The notes beneath the pieces are model-generated. The model did no database searches. It was not told where the DNA came from and saw nothing but the letters and a program-made list of their open reading frames with translations. A stretch of 64,000 nt of DNA from an uncultured Anaerolineales bacterium. GTDB taxonomy: Bacteria; Chloroflexota; Anaerolineae; Anaerolineales; UBA11858. Within the stretch, counting starts at the first letter, position 1, and every line of letters starts with the position of its first letter. This document shows positions 62,592 through 64,000 of this stretch, one piece after another. The translations under genes and the position numbers were made by a program. The DNA lies in assembly GCA_964582965.1 (NCBI GenBank), contig CAZOUN010000005.1, positions 1,376 through 65,375 of the forward strand. Direction: 5' to 3'.

Positions 62592-62618
62592 GATAAATTC
62601 CTACGAAGGAGCAGGAAT

Positions 62619-62999
62619 ATGGTTACCAGCGAAGAACGGATGAAAATCCTCAAAATGATCAGTGACGGAAAAATCACAGCAGAGGAAGGTTCAAGGTTGA
62701 TTTCAGCCCTATCTCAACGGAGTGAAAAAGCTGCAAAATCCGCCAATCGATCCCTTTCGAATCAGATGCTGAGGGTCCGGGTTACAGATATGTCTACCGG
62801 AAAGGCCAAGGTGAATGTCAATCTGCCCATGAAACTAGTTGATGCCGGATTGAATATCGCCGCCCAGTTCACTCCAGAAATGGAAAACGCCCAAATGATG
62901 GAAGCAGTGAAAGAAGCCCTGGCCGAGAATATGCGCGGCAAGATCGTCGATGTGATCGATGAAGAGGATCGAGAACATGTAGAGATATTTATCGAATAA
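62619..62999 (+). CDS. Small soluble protein with an N-terminal SHOCT-like motif
   Basis: AGGAG SD. N-terminal EERMKILKMISDGKITAEEGSRLISALS. Confidence 0.6.
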   Translation: MVTSEERMKILKMISDGKITAEEGSRLISALSQRSEKAAKSANRSLSNQMLRVRVTDMSTGKAKVNVNLPMKLVDAGLNIAAQFTPEMENAQMMEAVKEALAENMRGKIVDVIDEEDREHVEIFIE

Positions 63000-63023
63000 C
63001 CCCACTTTTATCAGGTGGATAAA

Positions 63024-63056
63024 AGAAAAAAGCCCGAAATCCGGGCTTTTTTCTTT
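63024..63056. terminator. Bidirectional intrinsic terminator
   Basis: aaaaaagcccg-aaatc-cgggctttttt. It sits between the convergent 62619-62999 (+) and pspC-like (-) genes. Confidence 0.8.
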
Positions 63057-63076
63057 GTTAGGGAAGATCGTCTTAT

Positions 63077-63325
63077 TTATTTTTCTGGAATATCTTCAAC
63101 ATCAGCCGTGACAATATCTTCTCCCGCCGGGACATATTCAGGTACAACAACCATCATAATAAGGTAAGCCCAGAACAATCCGCTGACGGAGGCAAAGAAA
63201 CCCAGCACAAATACCAGCCGGACAATAGTTGGGTCGATGTCAAAGAAATCCGCGATACCGGCACATACGCCTCCGACCATTCGGTCTTCAACTGAACGAT
63301 GAAGTCTTTTATATTCATTAGCCAT
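63077..63325 (-). CDS. pspC: PspC-domain membrane protein
   Basis: RLHRSVEDRMVGGVCAGIADFFDIDPTIVRLVFVL is the canonical PspC domain, followed by one TM helix. Confidence 0.85.
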   Translation of the reverse strand: MANEYKRLHRSVEDRMVGGVCAGIADFFDIDPTIVRLVFVLGFFASVSGLFWAYLIMMVVVPEYVPAGEDIVTADVEDIPEK

Positions 63326-63476
63326 TTCTAATTCTCCTGATCACTAGTCATTTTTATCTATAAGAATATACGGCAATATCTATTTAAAGTTGTATCAATA
63401 CAGAAGAATATGTCTTTCTTCTATAACCTGCCCATCTTTTGATATAATCAGAGAAATATAAAAAAACCGAGGAACT

Positions 63477-64000
63477 ATGGATATATATGATCAGGAAGCT
63501 CCATCAGTAAATATTAGTGTCCGCTTAAAGCAGCTTCGGGAAGAGAGAGAACTTTCGATCCGGGGGCTGGGCCGCCTAAGCGGATTATCCGCAAATGCGC
63601 TAAGTGTCATTGAAAGAGGACTGTCTTCACCATCTGTGAGCACGCTTTATAAGATTGCCACTGCGTTAGAAATACCGGTCACAGCCTTTTTTGAAGAGAC
63701 CCCCCCCAAACAAGACGTTGTGAACATCAAATCGTCGGAACGCAACCGCATCCCTCTCTACCGGGGATTGTGGGAAGGACTGGGCGGCTCCCATTACGAG
63801 GGTTCCGTTGAGCCATTCATGGTCACGCTGGAAGCCGGCAGCAGCAGCGGCCGTTTCCCGATGACCCATTCCGGCCATGAATTTGTTTTTTGCCTGCGGG
63901 GTGAATTTGTCTACGAGGTAGGCGAAGATACCTACAACCTTGAAGCCGGTGATGCCTTGTTATTCACCGCTGACCTGGAGCACAAATGGCACAATCCCGG
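63477..64000 (+). CDS. XRE-family HTH plus cupin-domain transcriptional regulator (3' end beyond the window)
   Basis: My own translation from ATG 63477: MDIYDQEAPSVNISVRLKQLREERELSIRGLGRLSGLSANALSVIERG ... HSGHEFVFCLRGEFVYEVGEDTYNLEAGDALLF. This is an XRE HTH followed by cupin motifs. It is absent from the ORF track because no stop codon falls in the window. An extended -10 element TGaTATAAT lies at 63440-63448. Confidence 0.8.
   Translation, partial: MDIYDQEAPSVNISVRLKQLREERELSIRGLGRLSGLSANALSVIERGLSSPSVSTLYKIATALEIPVTAFFEETPPKQDVVNIKSSERNRIPLYRGLWEGLGGSHYEGSVEPFMVTLEAGSSSGRFPMTHSGHEFVFCLRGEFVYEVGEDTYNLEAGDALLFTADLEHKWHNP

Noticed and set aside
1-64000. Looked for CRISPR arrays, tRNA/rRNA genes, transposases, integrases, phage genes, toxin-antitoxin pairs and restriction-modification or other defence cassettes.
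   Set aside because: I recognised none. The only nuclease-like gene is a stand-alone HNH protein (13254-13757) with no methylase or partner gene next to it.

Overview
Dense 64-kb chromosomal window, coding on both strands. The gene content looks like a Chloroflexota (Anaerolineae-like) bacterium, but this is inference only and no search was run.

Most of the window is housekeeping:
- Translation and RNA: T-box-regulated ileS, tyrS, def, rsmG, rluD and an S1-domain protein.
- Envelope and division: lspA, lgt, ftsK, comEA, a CapA-like protein and three tandem LysM-M23 lipoproteins.
- Metabolism: ftcD, purine nucleoside phosphorylase, threonine aldolase, kynureninase, the fumarate hydratase alpha subunit, a PGM/PMM-family mutase and a ferredoxin.
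- Repair: recF and an HNH nuclease.
- Transport: an ABC-2 system, EamA and two MFS transporters.
- Metal uptake: a ferrous-iron locus with a two-gene (split) FeoB and two DtxR-like regulators.

I saw no rRNA, tRNA, CRISPR array, transposase, integrase or prophage genes.

Main candidate for an undescribed system: a tightly packed eight-gene operon of about 9 kb at 38.08-47.06 kb, made only of uncharacterised proteins. It encodes:
- a small 84-aa protein;
- three membrane proteins;
- a 1030-aa Zn-ribbon / acidic-repeat / bitopic protein;
- a GlmL/MutL-like actin-fold ATPase;
- a 352-aa soluble protein;
- a Pro/Thr-rich LPDTG-anchored protein.

Secondary points of interest:
- a DUF2089 / DUF4097 / SHOCT-like / PspC module headed by two paralogous mini-proteins;
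- a membrane-anchored DtxR-FeoA-FeoA fusion, with an IdeR/DtxR-like box inside the operon promoter;
- a 7TM-GAF-HTH one-component protein;
- an ABC-2/SpoIIM fusion;
- an octamer tandem repeat;
- an intergenic inverted-repeat element.

All calls come from reading the sequence and the ORF translations. Start codons were adjusted by eye.
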